A DNA stretch of 24,542 nucleotides from an uncultured Eubacteriales bacterium. Lineage in GTDB: Bacteria; Bacillota; Clostridia; TANB77; RGIG9151. The position numbers were made by a program, and so were the translations under genes. The notes under the pieces are model-generated. The model did no database searches. It was given only the letters and a program-made list of their open reading frames with translations, and was not told where the DNA came from. Positions 11,964 through 21,001 of this stretch are shown here, one piece after another; position 1 is the first letter of the stretch, and each line of letters opens with the position of its first letter. The stretch lies in the NCBI GenBank assembly GCA_964475435.1, contig CAYYWT010000007.1:1-24542 (forward strand), in the 5' to 3' direction.

Positions 11964-12272
11964 TTATTTATTAAAAATACAAATTCCTACCCTATCTATG
12001 TGTTCTACCAATTCTTTTGTCGAGCAAGTATCATAGTGAACAACATCAAAAAAATAAGGTAGCATAGTTTCTTCCTCTAATTCAGTTAATATTTTCGCAA
12101 CTGTATCTATCGTTATATTTTTACCTTTTATTGCGATATCTATATCAGAACCTCTTTTGTATGTTCCCTTTGCACGTGAACCAAATACAAAAGCACTATC
12201 TACATCACAATGTTTTTTAATAACATCTACAATCTCTTCCAACTCTTTCGTGGTCAATCCAACATTTTCCAT
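11964..12272 (-). CDS. Minimal nucleotidyltransferase (MNT, HI0073-like), the predicted antitoxin of a HEPN/MNT type VII TA pair
   Basis: 102 aa with the pol-beta NTase motif GSRAKGTYKRGSDIDIAI. Its ATG begins 1 nt after the upstream HEPN stop. Confidence 0.85.
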   Translation of the reverse strand: MENVGLTTKELEEIVDVIKKHCDVDSAFVFGSRAKGTYKRGSDIDIAIKGKNITIDTVAKILTELEEETMLPYFFDVVHYDTCSTKELVEHIDRVGICIFNK

Positions 12273-12273
12273 A

Positions 12274-12666
12274 CTATATCTCCTCTTTTAACTTTAAATA
12301 TAGTTTCTTTATCATCGGATAATATTTTTTCACTATATCTTCTCCAACTAAAAGAGCCACACTTTCTTCGTAAGTATGCGACATTAAATTTCTTTTCTCT
12401 AAAGCTTCAAGCCATAAAGCCCCATCATCAATTAACATTATCGAAAAAGCTGTTTTTATAGTTTCCCTCGGAGTTCCCAACATATAGCCTTCATTCTCTA
12501 AATAATCTTTCATTGTTTTCCAACCAAGCTCAAAATTATACTCAAAACATTGAATTAATCCTTGAAGTTCAAATTTATTTAATTCGCCTTTTTCAATAAA
12601 TTCAGTAAACTGACAAAAAGCTTTTTCTAAATTAGAAAATCTCTGTTTCCAACGTATATCAACCAT
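12274..12666 (-). CDS. HEPN-domain protein of the HI0074 family (nucleotidyltransferase substrate-binding protein-like), the predicted RNase toxin
   Basis: 130 aa. The N-terminal RWKQRFSNLEKA is typical of the HI0074 family. The Rx4H HEPN motif is RNLMSH (..EKRNLMSHTY..). Confidence 0.85.
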   Translation of the reverse strand: MVDIRWKQRFSNLEKAFCQFTEFIEKGELNKFELQGLIQCFEYNFELGWKTMKDYLENEGYMLGTPRETIKTAFSIMLIDDGALWLEALEKRNLMSHTYEESVALLVGEDIVKKYYPMIKKLYLKLKEEI

Positions 12667-12672
12667 AATTAA

Positions 12673-12687
12673 TCCTCCGCATTTATT
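12673..12687. repeat. 15-bp direct repeat, copy 2 (tcctccgcatttatt). It supplies the RBS of the HEPN gene and abuts the coaD stop.
   Basis: Exact match to 11876-11890. Confidence 0.85.
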
Positions 12688-13145
12688 TATAAAATCTCTA
12701 ATACTTCCTTAGGAACCCATTTATCTATATTCTTTCCATACTTATGTAACTCCATAACAACAGACGAACTTATATGCGCTGTTTTACCGGCTCTAAAATA
12801 AATCGTTTCAATACCGGAAATTTTACTGTTGACAACTGCCAAATTTTCTTCATATTCGTAATCAGTACCATTTCTTAAACCTCTTACCAAAAACTTCGCA
12901 CCTTTTTTTATAGCAAAATCAACAGTAAGTCCATTAAATATTTCAACTTCAACATTATTTATTTCATTAGAAATCAAAACTTTTTCAATCGCATTTTTCA
13001 TATTTTCTTTATCTGTTCTTCTCTTTTTCTCACTATTAACCGCAATAGCCACATAAACAGTATCAAATACTTCAGACGCTTGTCTTAAAACATGTAAATG
13101 TCCTATCGTAAACGGATCAAAAGATCCGGCATAAACAGCCTTCAT
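12687..13145 (-). CDS. coaD: Phosphopantetheine adenylyltransferase
   Basis: YAGSFDPFTIGHLHVL (the HxGH-type nucleotidyltransferase motif), ..LVRGLRNGTDYEYE.. and ..ISSSVV.., over a PPAT-like length of 152 aa. Confidence 0.9.
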   Translation of the reverse strand: MKAVYAGSFDPFTIGHLHVLRQASEVFDTVYVAIAVNSEKKRRTDKENMKNAIEKVLISNEINNVEVEIFNGLTVDFAIKKGAKFLVRGLRNGTDYEYEENLAVVNSKISGIETIYFRAGKTAHISSSVVMELHKYGKNIDKWVPKEVLEIL

Positions 13146-13161
13146 AAAATTACCTCCTAAA

Positions 13162-14205
13162 TTACGAATTAATCAAACTCATCAATTCCTCAACAATTCT
13201 ATCCTCAGGTACTTTCTTTATTATCTCGCCTTTTTTAAACAAAAGCCCGCAACCATCTCCGCAAGCAACACCAAAATCAGCCTCACTCGCCTCTCCGGGG
13301 CCATTTACAGCACATCCCATAACCGCTACCTTTATATTTTTATCTATACTTTCTACAGCCTTTTCAACTTTTTCAGCAATCGGCAACATATTTACTTTAG
13401 TTCTCCCGCAAGTAGGACAAGAAACAAATTCAACACCTTTATTTCTTATTCCAAGCCCTTTTAAAATCTGCCAACCAACTTTAACCTCATCAACAGGATT
13501 AGAAGTCAAAGATACCCTTAGTGTATCTCCAATTCCCTCATTTAATAAAATTCCAACTCCCATAGAATTCTTAATCGTTCCTCCAAGTAACGTTCCGGCT
13601 TCCGTAACTCCAATATGCAAAGGATAATTACATTTATCTGCAAGCAATTTATACGCTTTTATCGTATCCGGCACATTAGAAACTTTTAACGAGACAACCA
13701 TATTATCAAAATTCAAATTTTCCAACATTTCAACATACTCATAAGCACTCTCAACCAGTCCATCAACAGTAACTTTTCCATATTTCTCAATTACCTTTTT
13801 AGCCAGTGAGCCACCGTTAACTCCAACTCTTATCGGAATTTCTCTCTCTTTAGCCGTATCAACAACAGCCTTTACTCTTTCCATATCTCCAATATTTCCT
13901 GGATTAATTCTTATTTTATCAACACCATTTTTCATAGATTCAATCGCAAGACGATAATCAAAATGAATATCGGCAACCAAAGGAATAGAAATCTTCTTTT
14001 TAATTTCACCTATAGCTTTCGCCGCCTCCATATCCAAAACTGCAACTCTTATTATTTCGCACCCTGCATCCGTAAGCTCTTTTATTTGATTTACAGTAGC
14101 TTCTATATCTCTTGTATCCGTATTACACATAGATTGAACTAAAATCGGCTCATTTTCTCCGATATATTTATCTCCAATTCTTACTTTTTTAGTCACCCTT
14201 CGCAT
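13162..14205 (-). CDS. ispG: 4-hydroxy-3-methylbut-2-en-1-yl diphosphate synthase (GcpE)
   Basis: Typical IspG N-terminus (KVRIGDKYIGENEPILVQSMCNTDT) and C-terminal Fe-S cysteines (SCPTCGR .. GCAVNGPGE). Confidence 0.95.
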   Translation of the reverse strand: MRRVTKKVRIGDKYIGENEPILVQSMCNTDTRDIEATVNQIKELTDAGCEIIRVAVLDMEAAKAIGEIKKKISIPLVADIHFDYRLAIESMKNGVDKIRINPGNIGDMERVKAVVDTAKEREIPIRVGVNGGSLAKKVIEKYGKVTVDGLVESAYEYVEMLENLNFDNMVVSLKVSNVPDTIKAYKLLADKCNYPLHIGVTEAGTLLGGTIKNSMGVGILLNEGIGDTLRVSLTSNPVDEVKVGWQILKGLGIRNKGVEFVSCPTCGRTKVNMLPIAEKVEKAVESIDKNIKVAVMGCAVNGPGEASEADFGVACGDGCGLLFKKGEIIKKVPEDRIVEELMSLINS

Positions 14206-14231
14206 ATAAATCCCCCCTAATTACCAAGATT

Positions 14232-14260
14232 ATTTTATACGTTTTTTATAAAAACGTCAA
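14232..14260 (-). promoter_or_regulatory. Putative sigma-A promoter for ispG-coaD
   Basis: Minus strand: -35 TTGACG (14260-14255), 17-nt spacer, -10 TAAAAT (14237-14232). It lies about 27 nt upstream of the ispG ATG region. Confidence 0.45.
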
Positions 14261-14299
14261 TTTTCTGAAAATTTATTGCATATTAGTTTAAAAACGTAT

Positions 14300-14347
14300 A
14301 AAAAAGCCAAAATCATATACACATAAAGCTATGACTTTGGCTTTTTT
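14300..14347 (-). terminator. Rho-independent terminator after the 469-aa gene (bidirectional shape)
   Basis: 11-bp stem gccaaaatcat / atgactttggc (14306-14316 / 14331-14341) flanked by an A-run and a T-run. The single non-Watson-Crick position is a G-U pair only in the minus-strand RNA. It is followed there by UUUUUU. Confidence 0.7.
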
Positions 14348-14367
14348 ATTTAACAAGGAAATTCCAG

Positions 14368-15777
14368 TTACAAAGAAATATTTTTAGCAATTATTTCGGA
14401 TAACTTTTCAGCACCACGTGAATTTAAATGATCATAATCTTGGAAATCCTCTTCTGAAAAATAATCAGAATTAAACAAATCAATAATTCTACAACATTCA
14501 TATTTATTTACCGTATCTAAAACAAGTTTATTATATACTTGCTTCATTTCATCCCGAACCCATTTTTTATAATATTTAGTCGCCGGCGGAATGAAAAATA
14601 TAACTTTTTTCTCGAGTTCCTCCATATTATTCAAAAACTTATCTAACAATTTCTGATTTTCTAACCCTCTATCAAAATCAAATATCGAATTATGCACATT
14701 TGCTCGAATCTTAGCACTATCAAAATTTTGTTCATCACTTTTTTCCATAAAATTATAACTTAATAATCCTCCGGCAGGTCTTATATTAATCGAATTATAA
14801 TACGGTAAATTCTCTAAATCTTCCTTAACCGCATCATAATATATATCTCTTACTTTCTCTAAGTCTACAATTTTCTCATATACCGGTGATTTTGAAACTT
14901 TATTGTAAACAGGTAATAATTTTCCTGTATATCCATGTAAATTATTATACACAGGAAAGTTAACCCGGCTTAAAACAGAAAGCATATAATCCGACGGTTT
15001 TACTGACATATTCGTAAAGAAAAAATAATATGAAATAGGTATAACTATCGTTTCAATTCTCTCTGAACGCTTTAGCGCTTCTTTAACAGAGAATAGTGAA
15101 TAATATAAATCTTGTGCATTTACTGCTACATTAGACGCACTCCTCGGCATTTTTTCTTCTAATAAGCCTAACATAGCATAACTTGAACCGGTAATTAAAA
15201 TTTCACTTTGTTGATTCTTTATTCGATTCAACTTTGCCATTAAGTAGAGTCTATCGTATGTAAAAATATCTATCGGATAACATTCACTTACTTCTCCGAC
15301 GAGTTCTTCTAAGTTTAATACTACATCTACTGCATTCATTAGTTCTTCGCTTATTACTTCGCCTTTTTTATAAATTAAATACTTAAGTTCTTCTTTCATT
15401 CCGTAAGCAACATCAATACACTCTGTTTCATTCTTTATATGTATAACTTCTACCTCTTTATTAAATTTTAATGTTACATTATCAGTAGCAAACACAACAA
15501 CATCAAGTGTATTTATCAATTCTTCTTGCATATTAATCAATGCTTGTTTTAAATTATAGCACAAACGATTAGTAACATGCTTTCCCTGAGCTATCGCTTG
15601 AGCAATAGTTAATAATTCATTTTGCACTTCATTAACACTGGTTAATTCGTATATATTCTTTATACTTCCATTCAACCATTCAGCCACTTTCTCAACAGTT
15701 TCAAACAAAGATTCAGAATCATTTTCCTTAAGTTTTTCAATAAACATAGACAAACTTAAAAGTGTAATTTTATTCAT
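14368..15777 (-). CDS. Uncharacterised 469-aa protein: about 190-aa helical N-terminal region plus an SGNH/DltD-like hydrolase or acyltransferase-fold region (tentative)
   Basis: Block-I-like ILITGSSYAMLG and C-terminal block-V-like DYDHLNSRG (DxxH). There is no TM segment. The start is 10 nt after the valS stop, with RBS AAGGTGGAAG. Confidence 0.65.
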   Translation of the reverse strand: MNKITLLSLSMFIEKLKENDSESLFETVEKVAEWLNGSIKNIYELTSVNEVQNELLTIAQAIAQGKHVTNRLCYNLKQALINMQEELINTLDVVVFATDNVTLKFNKEVEVIHIKNETECIDVAYGMKEELKYLIYKKGEVISEELMNAVDVVLNLEELVGEVSECYPIDIFTYDRLYLMAKLNRIKNQQSEILITGSSYAMLGLLEEKMPRSASNVAVNAQDLYYSLFSVKEALKRSERIETIVIPISYYFFFTNMSVKPSDYMLSVLSRVNFPVYNNLHGYTGKLLPVYNKVSKSPVYEKIVDLEKVRDIYYDAVKEDLENLPYYNSINIRPAGGLLSYNFMEKSDEQNFDSAKIRANVHNSIFDFDRGLENQKLLDKFLNNMEELEKKVIFFIPPATKYYKKWVRDEMKQVYNKLVLDTVNKYECCRIIDLFNSDYFSEEDFQDYDHLNSRGAEKLSEIIAKNISL

Positions 15778-15787
15778 ACTTCCACCT

Positions 15788-18427
15788 TTATCTTAGACCT
15801 TCCATACTCTTGTCGATATTCCCTAAAATATTTTTTAATTCTTCACATCTATTTCTAATTTCATTAACCTTACTTTCAGGAGCCTTCGTAACAAATCCTT
15901 GATTATTTAACATAGTATCTAACTTATTAAATTCTAAAGTAGCTTTTTCTTTCTCACGGCTTAATCTTGCAAGTTCAGCCTCTTTATCAATCAATTCAGC
16001 CAAAGGAATATACGCTTCCAATCCAGGCGCTGTAACTGCCAAAGCGTTTTCAGGAATATTTTCCTTAACCTTAGAGATAATAATTCCTTCTCCGAAACCA
16101 AGTTTTTTAATAAATGCATCTCCATCTTTTATAGCCTCGTTAAAGCTTTCAGTAACAAACATAATTTGCGACTTCTTTGCAGGATGAATATTCATATTTG
16201 CACGTGCATTTCTAATACTTGTAATAATTTGTTTTAACACTTCAACTTGTTCAGCTTCAATATTAAAATCAAACTTTTCTTCCGCCTTTGGCCAAGCTGT
16301 AAGCATTATCGTTTTTTCAGTCCCTATTAACTTCGTATATATTTCGTCAGTAACAAACGGCATAAACGGATGCAATAACTTAAGTGAAGAAGTTAAAACA
16401 TAATTTAAAGTAAATTCAGCTTCAAGTCTTGTCGGATTTTCCGTGTCATATAATCTAGGTTTAACCATCTCTATATACCAATCACAAAACTCGTCCCAAA
16501 TAAAGTCATAAATTTTTTGTAAAGCAACACCTAAATCATAATTATTAATATTTTCAGTAACCTCACGAATAGTATTATTCAACTTACTTAAAATCCATTT
16601 ATCTTCAATTTTCAATTTATTTATATCATAATTGAATATTTCTTCATCTTTTGTTAAATTCATCAAAACAAATTTAGACGCATTCCAAATCTTATTAGCA
16701 AAATTCCCAGCAGCCTCAATTTTTTCTGGCATATATCTTAAATCATTTCCAGGCGAAGTATTTTGAACAAGAGAAAACCTTAATGCATCTGTACCGTATT
16801 GGTCAATAACCTCAAGTGGATCAATACCATTTCCAAGAGACTTAGACATTTTTCTTCCTAAACTATCTCTTACAATTCCATGAATAAATACCGTATTAAA
16901 CGGAACCTCTCCTGTATGCTCAATAGCTGAGAAAATCATTCTTGCAACCCAGAAGAAAATAATATCATATCCTGTAACTAACGTACTCGTCGGATAAAAA
17001 TACTTCAAATCTTCAGTTTCGTTAGGATAACCAAGAGTAGAAAATGGCCATAATGCCGAACTAAACCAAGTATCTAAAGTATCCTCATCTTGCCTTAAAT
17101 TTGTGCTACCGCACTTACTACATTTTTCAGGTTTAGTCGCTGAAACCATAATTTCTCCACATTCATTGCAATAGTACGCAGGAATTCTGTGTCCCCACCA
17201 AATTTGCCTCGAAATACACCAATCTTGTATATTTTCCATCCAATTATAATATGTTTTAGAAAATCTCTCAGGTACAAATTTAGTTTTCCCTTCCTTAACA
17301 GCTTTTATCGCCGGTTTAGCCAAAGGCTCCATTTTTACAAACCATTGTTCAGACGGCTTAGGCTCTATTGTACTGTGACATCTGTAACATTTTCCCACAT
17401 TATGAGTATAATCTTCTATTTTTACCAAAACTCCGGCTTTTTCTAAATCTTTTACAATTTCTTCGCGTGCAATCAAAGTATCCATACCTTGGTATTTAGG
17501 AACAATATCAAGCATTTTAGCTTCATCATCAAATACATCAATAATCTCTAAGTTATGTCTTAACGCCGTAGCATAATCGTTAGGATCATGTGCCGGAGTA
17601 ATTTTTACAGCACCAGTACCAAATTCTTTTTCAACAAAATCGTCAGCAACAATTGGAATTTCCTTATTAACTAAAGGAAGAACAACCGTCTTTCCGATTA
17701 AATCTTTATATCTCTCGTCATCAGGATGAACTGCAACTGCAGTATCTCCAAGCATTGTTTCAGGACGTGTCGTCGCTACAATAACACTATATTTACCATC
17801 TCTAGAAGAATATTTTATGTGCCACAAATGGCTCGGTTCTTCTTCAAATTCAACCTCAGCATCGGAAATAGCAGTTTTACAAGTAGGACACCAGTTAGTC
17901 ATTCTCTTTCCTTTGTAGATAAGTCCCTTATTATATAAATCAACAAAAACCTTTAAAACAGCTTCTGAAAGGCCTTCGTCCATTGTAAAACGTTCTCTGT
18001 CCCAATCACAAGAGCAACCAAGCTTTCTAAGTTGTTTCACAATAGTACCACCGTACTCTTTTTTCCATTCCCAAGCTTTCTCTAAAAACTCTTCACGTGT
18101 TAAATCTTCTTTCTTTATTCCTTCTTTTTTTAGCGACTCAACAATTTTAGCTTCAGTAGCAATAGCCGCATGATCAGTTCCGGGAACCCAAAGAGCATTA
18201 TACCCCATCATTCTCTTAAACCTTATTAAAATATCTTGTAAAGTATTATCTAAAGCGTGTCCCATATGTAATTTACCGGTTATATTCGGTGGTGGCATAA
18301 CAATAGTAAACGGTTCTTTACTCTTATCAACAGTAGCTTTAAAATATCCGTTAGCCTCCCATTCTTTATATAATTTTTCTTCAAAATCCTTAGGTATATA
18401 CTTATCATTAAGCGTTCCCTTACTCAT
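15788..18427 (-). CDS. valS: Valyl-tRNA synthetase
   Basis: HIGH-type motif (PNITGKLHMGH), KMSKS motif and a C-terminal coiled coil. I chose ATG 18427 (AGGAG 7 nt upstream) rather than the track's TTG at 18445. Confidence 0.96.
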   Translation of the reverse strand: MSKGTLNDKYIPKDFEEKLYKEWEANGYFKATVDKSKEPFTIVMPPPNITGKLHMGHALDNTLQDILIRFKRMMGYNALWVPGTDHAAIATEAKIVESLKKEGIKKEDLTREEFLEKAWEWKKEYGGTIVKQLRKLGCSCDWDRERFTMDEGLSEAVLKVFVDLYNKGLIYKGKRMTNWCPTCKTAISDAEVEFEEEPSHLWHIKYSSRDGKYSVIVATTRPETMLGDTAVAVHPDDERYKDLIGKTVVLPLVNKEIPIVADDFVEKEFGTGAVKITPAHDPNDYATALRHNLEIIDVFDDEAKMLDIVPKYQGMDTLIAREEIVKDLEKAGVLVKIEDYTHNVGKCYRCHSTIEPKPSEQWFVKMEPLAKPAIKAVKEGKTKFVPERFSKTYYNWMENIQDWCISRQIWWGHRIPAYYCNECGEIMVSATKPEKCSKCGSTNLRQDEDTLDTWFSSALWPFSTLGYPNETEDLKYFYPTSTLVTGYDIIFFWVARMIFSAIEHTGEVPFNTVFIHGIVRDSLGRKMSKSLGNGIDPLEVIDQYGTDALRFSLVQNTSPGNDLRYMPEKIEAAGNFANKIWNASKFVLMNLTKDEEIFNYDINKLKIEDKWILSKLNNTIREVTENINNYDLGVALQKIYDFIWDEFCDWYIEMVKPRLYDTENPTRLEAEFTLNYVLTSSLKLLHPFMPFVTDEIYTKLIGTEKTIMLTAWPKAEEKFDFNIEAEQVEVLKQIITSIRNARANMNIHPAKKSQIMFVTESFNEAIKDGDAFIKKLGFGEGIIISKVKENIPENALAVTAPGLEAYIPLAELIDKEAELARLSREKEKATLEFNKLDTMLNNQGFVTKAPESKVNEIRNRCEELKNILGNIDKSMEGLR

Positions 18428-18454
18428 AAAAATCTCTCCTTTCAAATCCTTACT

Positions 18455-18690
18455 AAAAAAGACCAGTACGCCCTAAAAGGACGAACTGGTCGTGGTACCA
18501 CCTTAATTCACAATAATCTCTCATTGTCTCAAATACTTAACGCGTACTAACGTCATTTCTTACTAAAATTTCAGAAACACAACTCCCAAGCTACCTTCAA
18601 TTGATATTGTTAAGAAAAGCTTTCAGCCGACGACTTTTCATTTCTACTAACCTATTTCAACCTACTCCTCTTGTTCAAAGTCTTTAACGC
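18455..18690 (-). promoter_or_regulatory. T-box riboswitch leader of valS, including the terminator/antiterminator switch
   Basis: The minus strand reads AATTAAGGTGGTACCACG (T-box sequence, 18509-18492), overlapping a terminator hairpin GACCAGTTCGTCC-TTTTA-GGGCGTACTGGTC (18491-18461) followed by TTTTTT. An upstream Stem-I-like region carries GGCTGAAAGC and a GAAGGUAGC specifier-loop candidate. Confidence 0.85.
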
Positions 18691-18694
18691 ATTT

Positions 18695-18724
18695 ATTTTA
18701 CCAAAGATGCTATGAAGTTGTCAA
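18695..18724 (-). promoter_or_regulatory. Putative sigma-A promoter of the valS T-box leader
   Basis: Minus strand: -35 TTGACA (18724-18719), 18-nt spacer, -10 TAAAAT (18700-18695). Confidence 0.5.
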
Positions 18725-18727
18725 GAA

Positions 18728-18762
18728 AATAATAAACAAGTTTTTTACAGCCCCCTTTTTTA
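18728..18762. repeat. Solo copy of the about 35-bp terminal repeat of the 20996-21239 element
   Basis: aataataaacaagttttttacagccccctttttta aligns with 21203-21236 (aatgataaacgaattttttacagcccctttttta) with 3 substitutions and 1 extra C. Confidence 0.75.
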
Positions 18763-18775
18763 TTAAAATTCGCAG

Positions 18776-18804
18776 TTGAACCGTCAAAAATTATGTGATA
18801 GAAT
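18776..18804 (+). promoter_or_regulatory. Putative sigma-A promoter of recD2
   Basis: -35 TTGAAC (18776-18781), 17-nt spacer ending in TGTGA (extended -10-like TG), -10 TAGAAT (18799-18804). RBS GTGAGGAA precedes ATG 18830. Confidence 0.5.
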
Positions 18805-18829
18805 TTAGCTGTAAAGTGAGGAAAAATAA

Positions 18830-21001
18830 ATGGTAGAAGTACGCGGAGAAATTATAGAAATTATATATAAAAACGAAACTAACGGTTATACAATATGTAA
18901 CATTTTAACCAATGACGAAGAAGAAATTACTGTTGTTGGTTTTTTACCGTATATCCAAGTTGGTGAAGAGATAAAAGTAAATGGCAATTGGACCAATCAT
19001 CCTGACTACGGAAAACAACTAAAAGCTGAAACATTCGAAAAATTTTTGCCGGAAGGTGTACCTGCAATAGAAAAGTATCTTGCTTCCGGAATTATAAAAG
19101 GTGTCGGACTTGTTACTGCCAGGAAGCTTGTTACAAAATTCGGAGAAAATACAATCGAAGTTATTAAGAATACTCCGGAAAGGCTTACTGAAGTACGCGG
19201 AATAAATATGGAAAAAGCTCTTTTAATTAGCAATACTCTAAACGAGCAATGGGACTTATGGAAACTTATTTCTTTCCTTGGGAACTTCGGAATAGGTAAT
19301 AAAAATGCCGTAAAAATATATAAAGCCTTTGGAGTTAGTTCGTTAGATACAGTTAAATCCAACCCTTATGTTTTACTTGATGTGTGCAATGGTGTTTCCT
19401 TTAAGGTAGCTGACCAAATTGCAAGAAACGTTGGAATTGACGATAATAATGAAACTAGAATTTGTGCGGGGATAAAATATGTTCTATCTTTAGCTTCATT
19501 TGAAGGACATACTAATTTACCGCGTAATAATGTTCTTGAATATTTAACAGAATTTTTATCCGTAGAGCCGGATGCAATAGATTCAGCTATTGCAAAAATG
19601 GCTATTGATGGCAAAATTCGTATTTATGATAACGATAAAATTTATCTTTCTTCATTATTTAATGCCGAAAGAAATATTGCGTTAAAACTTACTCAAATGG
19701 CGGAAATAAATTCAAAATTCAGTGTTACAGAATATGCAAACACATTAGAAAACGGAATTACATTAACCAATGAACAATCTGAATGCGTAAAAGGCGTATT
19801 AAACTCCCAAATTTCTATTATAACAGGAGGCCCCGGGACCGGTAAAACAACTATAGTTAAAGCTATAATTAAAACTTTGGAAAGCTTTGATGCTAAAATT
19901 GTACTTTGTGCGCCAACCGGACGTGCGGCAAAAAGACTTAGCGAAACGTCTGGAATTGAGGCGAAAACTATCCATAGATTGCTTGAAATAAAGCATATAG
20001 ATGACGATGACAGGAATGCTTTAGTAGAAATAGATGTAACGCCAATAGAAGCTGATGTCGTTATTGTAGACGAAGTTTCTATGCTAGATGCTATACTAAT
20101 GAGTAATTTATTAAAAGCTATTTCTCTTACAACTACTCTAATTCTGGTCGGAGATGCCGACCAACTACCTTCTGTCGGACCGGGAAATGTTCTTAAAGAT
20201 TTAATAGACTCTAAAAAAATCAATACATTCGCTTTAACAAAAATCTTTAGGCAAGCAGGAGAAAGCATGATTGTTGTTAACGCTCACAGTATCAACTCCG
20301 GCGAATTACCGATTTTTAACAAAGAAAATACAGACAGTTTTTTAGTAAATGCAAGAAATTCTGACGAAATTATAAAAAAAGTTGTTAATTTAGTGGCTGA
20401 AAGGTTGCCTAACTTTAAGGAATGTAACGCCATAGATGACATTCAAGTAATTACTCCTATGAGAAAAGGTGTACTTGGGGCGAATAATTTAAATAAAGAA
20501 CTGCAAAAAGTGCTTAATCCTTACGCTTCTTACAAAAAACAAATAGCCTTAGGAGATAGAATTTTCAGAGTTACCGATAAAGTTATGCAAATAAAAAACA
20601 ATTACGATTTAGAATGGATAAACGGTAAAGACCGTGGAAACGGAGTTTTCAACGGAGATATTGGAAGGATTACTGCTGTCGATAGCGAAAGTGAAATGAT
20701 TAGAGTCGTTTTTGACGATGGAAAAGAAGTTGAATATGACAGTGTTCAAATGGAAGAATTAGACCATGCCTTTGCGACAACCGTTCATAAAAGTCAAGGA
20801 AGTGAATTCCCTATTGTAGTTATACCGGTATTTATGGGAGGCCAAAGACTTATGACAAGGAATTTACTTTATACAGCAATGACTCGTGCAAAAGAAATGT
20901 TGGTATTCGTCGGAAATATGTCAAGTATTGAGTATATGGTTAGAAATTTAAATAAAACAGACAGATTTTCAAATTTATGTGAAATGATGAACGAAAACTA
21001 A
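18830..21001 (+). CDS. recD2: ATP-dependent RecD-like DNA helicase (RecD2/YrrC type, SF1B)
   Basis: N-terminal OB/HhH region typical of RecD2, Walker A GGPGTGKT, DEVSM (Walker B), VGDADQLPSVGPG, and a C-terminal ..ATTVHKSQGSEFP.. UvrD_C_2 motif. Confidence 0.92.
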   Translation: MVEVRGEIIEIIYKNETNGYTICNILTNDEEEITVVGFLPYIQVGEEIKVNGNWTNHPDYGKQLKAETFEKFLPEGVPAIEKYLASGIIKGVGLVTARKLVTKFGENTIEVIKNTPERLTEVRGINMEKALLISNTLNEQWDLWKLISFLGNFGIGNKNAVKIYKAFGVSSLDTVKSNPYVLLDVCNGVSFKVADQIARNVGIDDNNETRICAGIKYVLSLASFEGHTNLPRNNVLEYLTEFLSVEPDAIDSAIAKMAIDGKIRIYDNDKIYLSSLFNAERNIALKLTQMAEINSKFSVTEYANTLENGITLTNEQSECVKGVLNSQISIITGGPGTGKTTIVKAIIKTLESFDAKIVLCAPTGRAAKRLSETSGIEAKTIHRLLEIKHIDDDDRNALVEIDVTPIEADVVIVDEVSMLDAILMSNLLKAISLTTTLILVGDADQLPSVGPGNVLKDLIDSKKINTFALTKIFRQAGESMIVVNAHSINSGELPIFNKENTDSFLVNARNSDEIIKKVVNLVAERLPNFKECNAIDDIQVITPMRKGVLGANNLNKELQKVLNPYASYKKQIALGDRIFRVTDKVMQIKNNYDLEWINGKDRGNGVFNGDIGRITAVDSESEMIRVVFDDGKEVEYDSVQMEELDHAFATTVHKSQGSEFPIVVIPVFMGGQRLMTRNLLYTAMTRAKEMLVFVGNMSSIEYMVRNLNKTDRFSNLCEMMNEN

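Noticed and set aside
19006-20268. Minus-strand ORFs inside recD2 (118, 82, 191 and 65 aa).
   Set aside because: They are antisense shadows of a well-supported helicase gene, with no RBS and no recognisable motifs.
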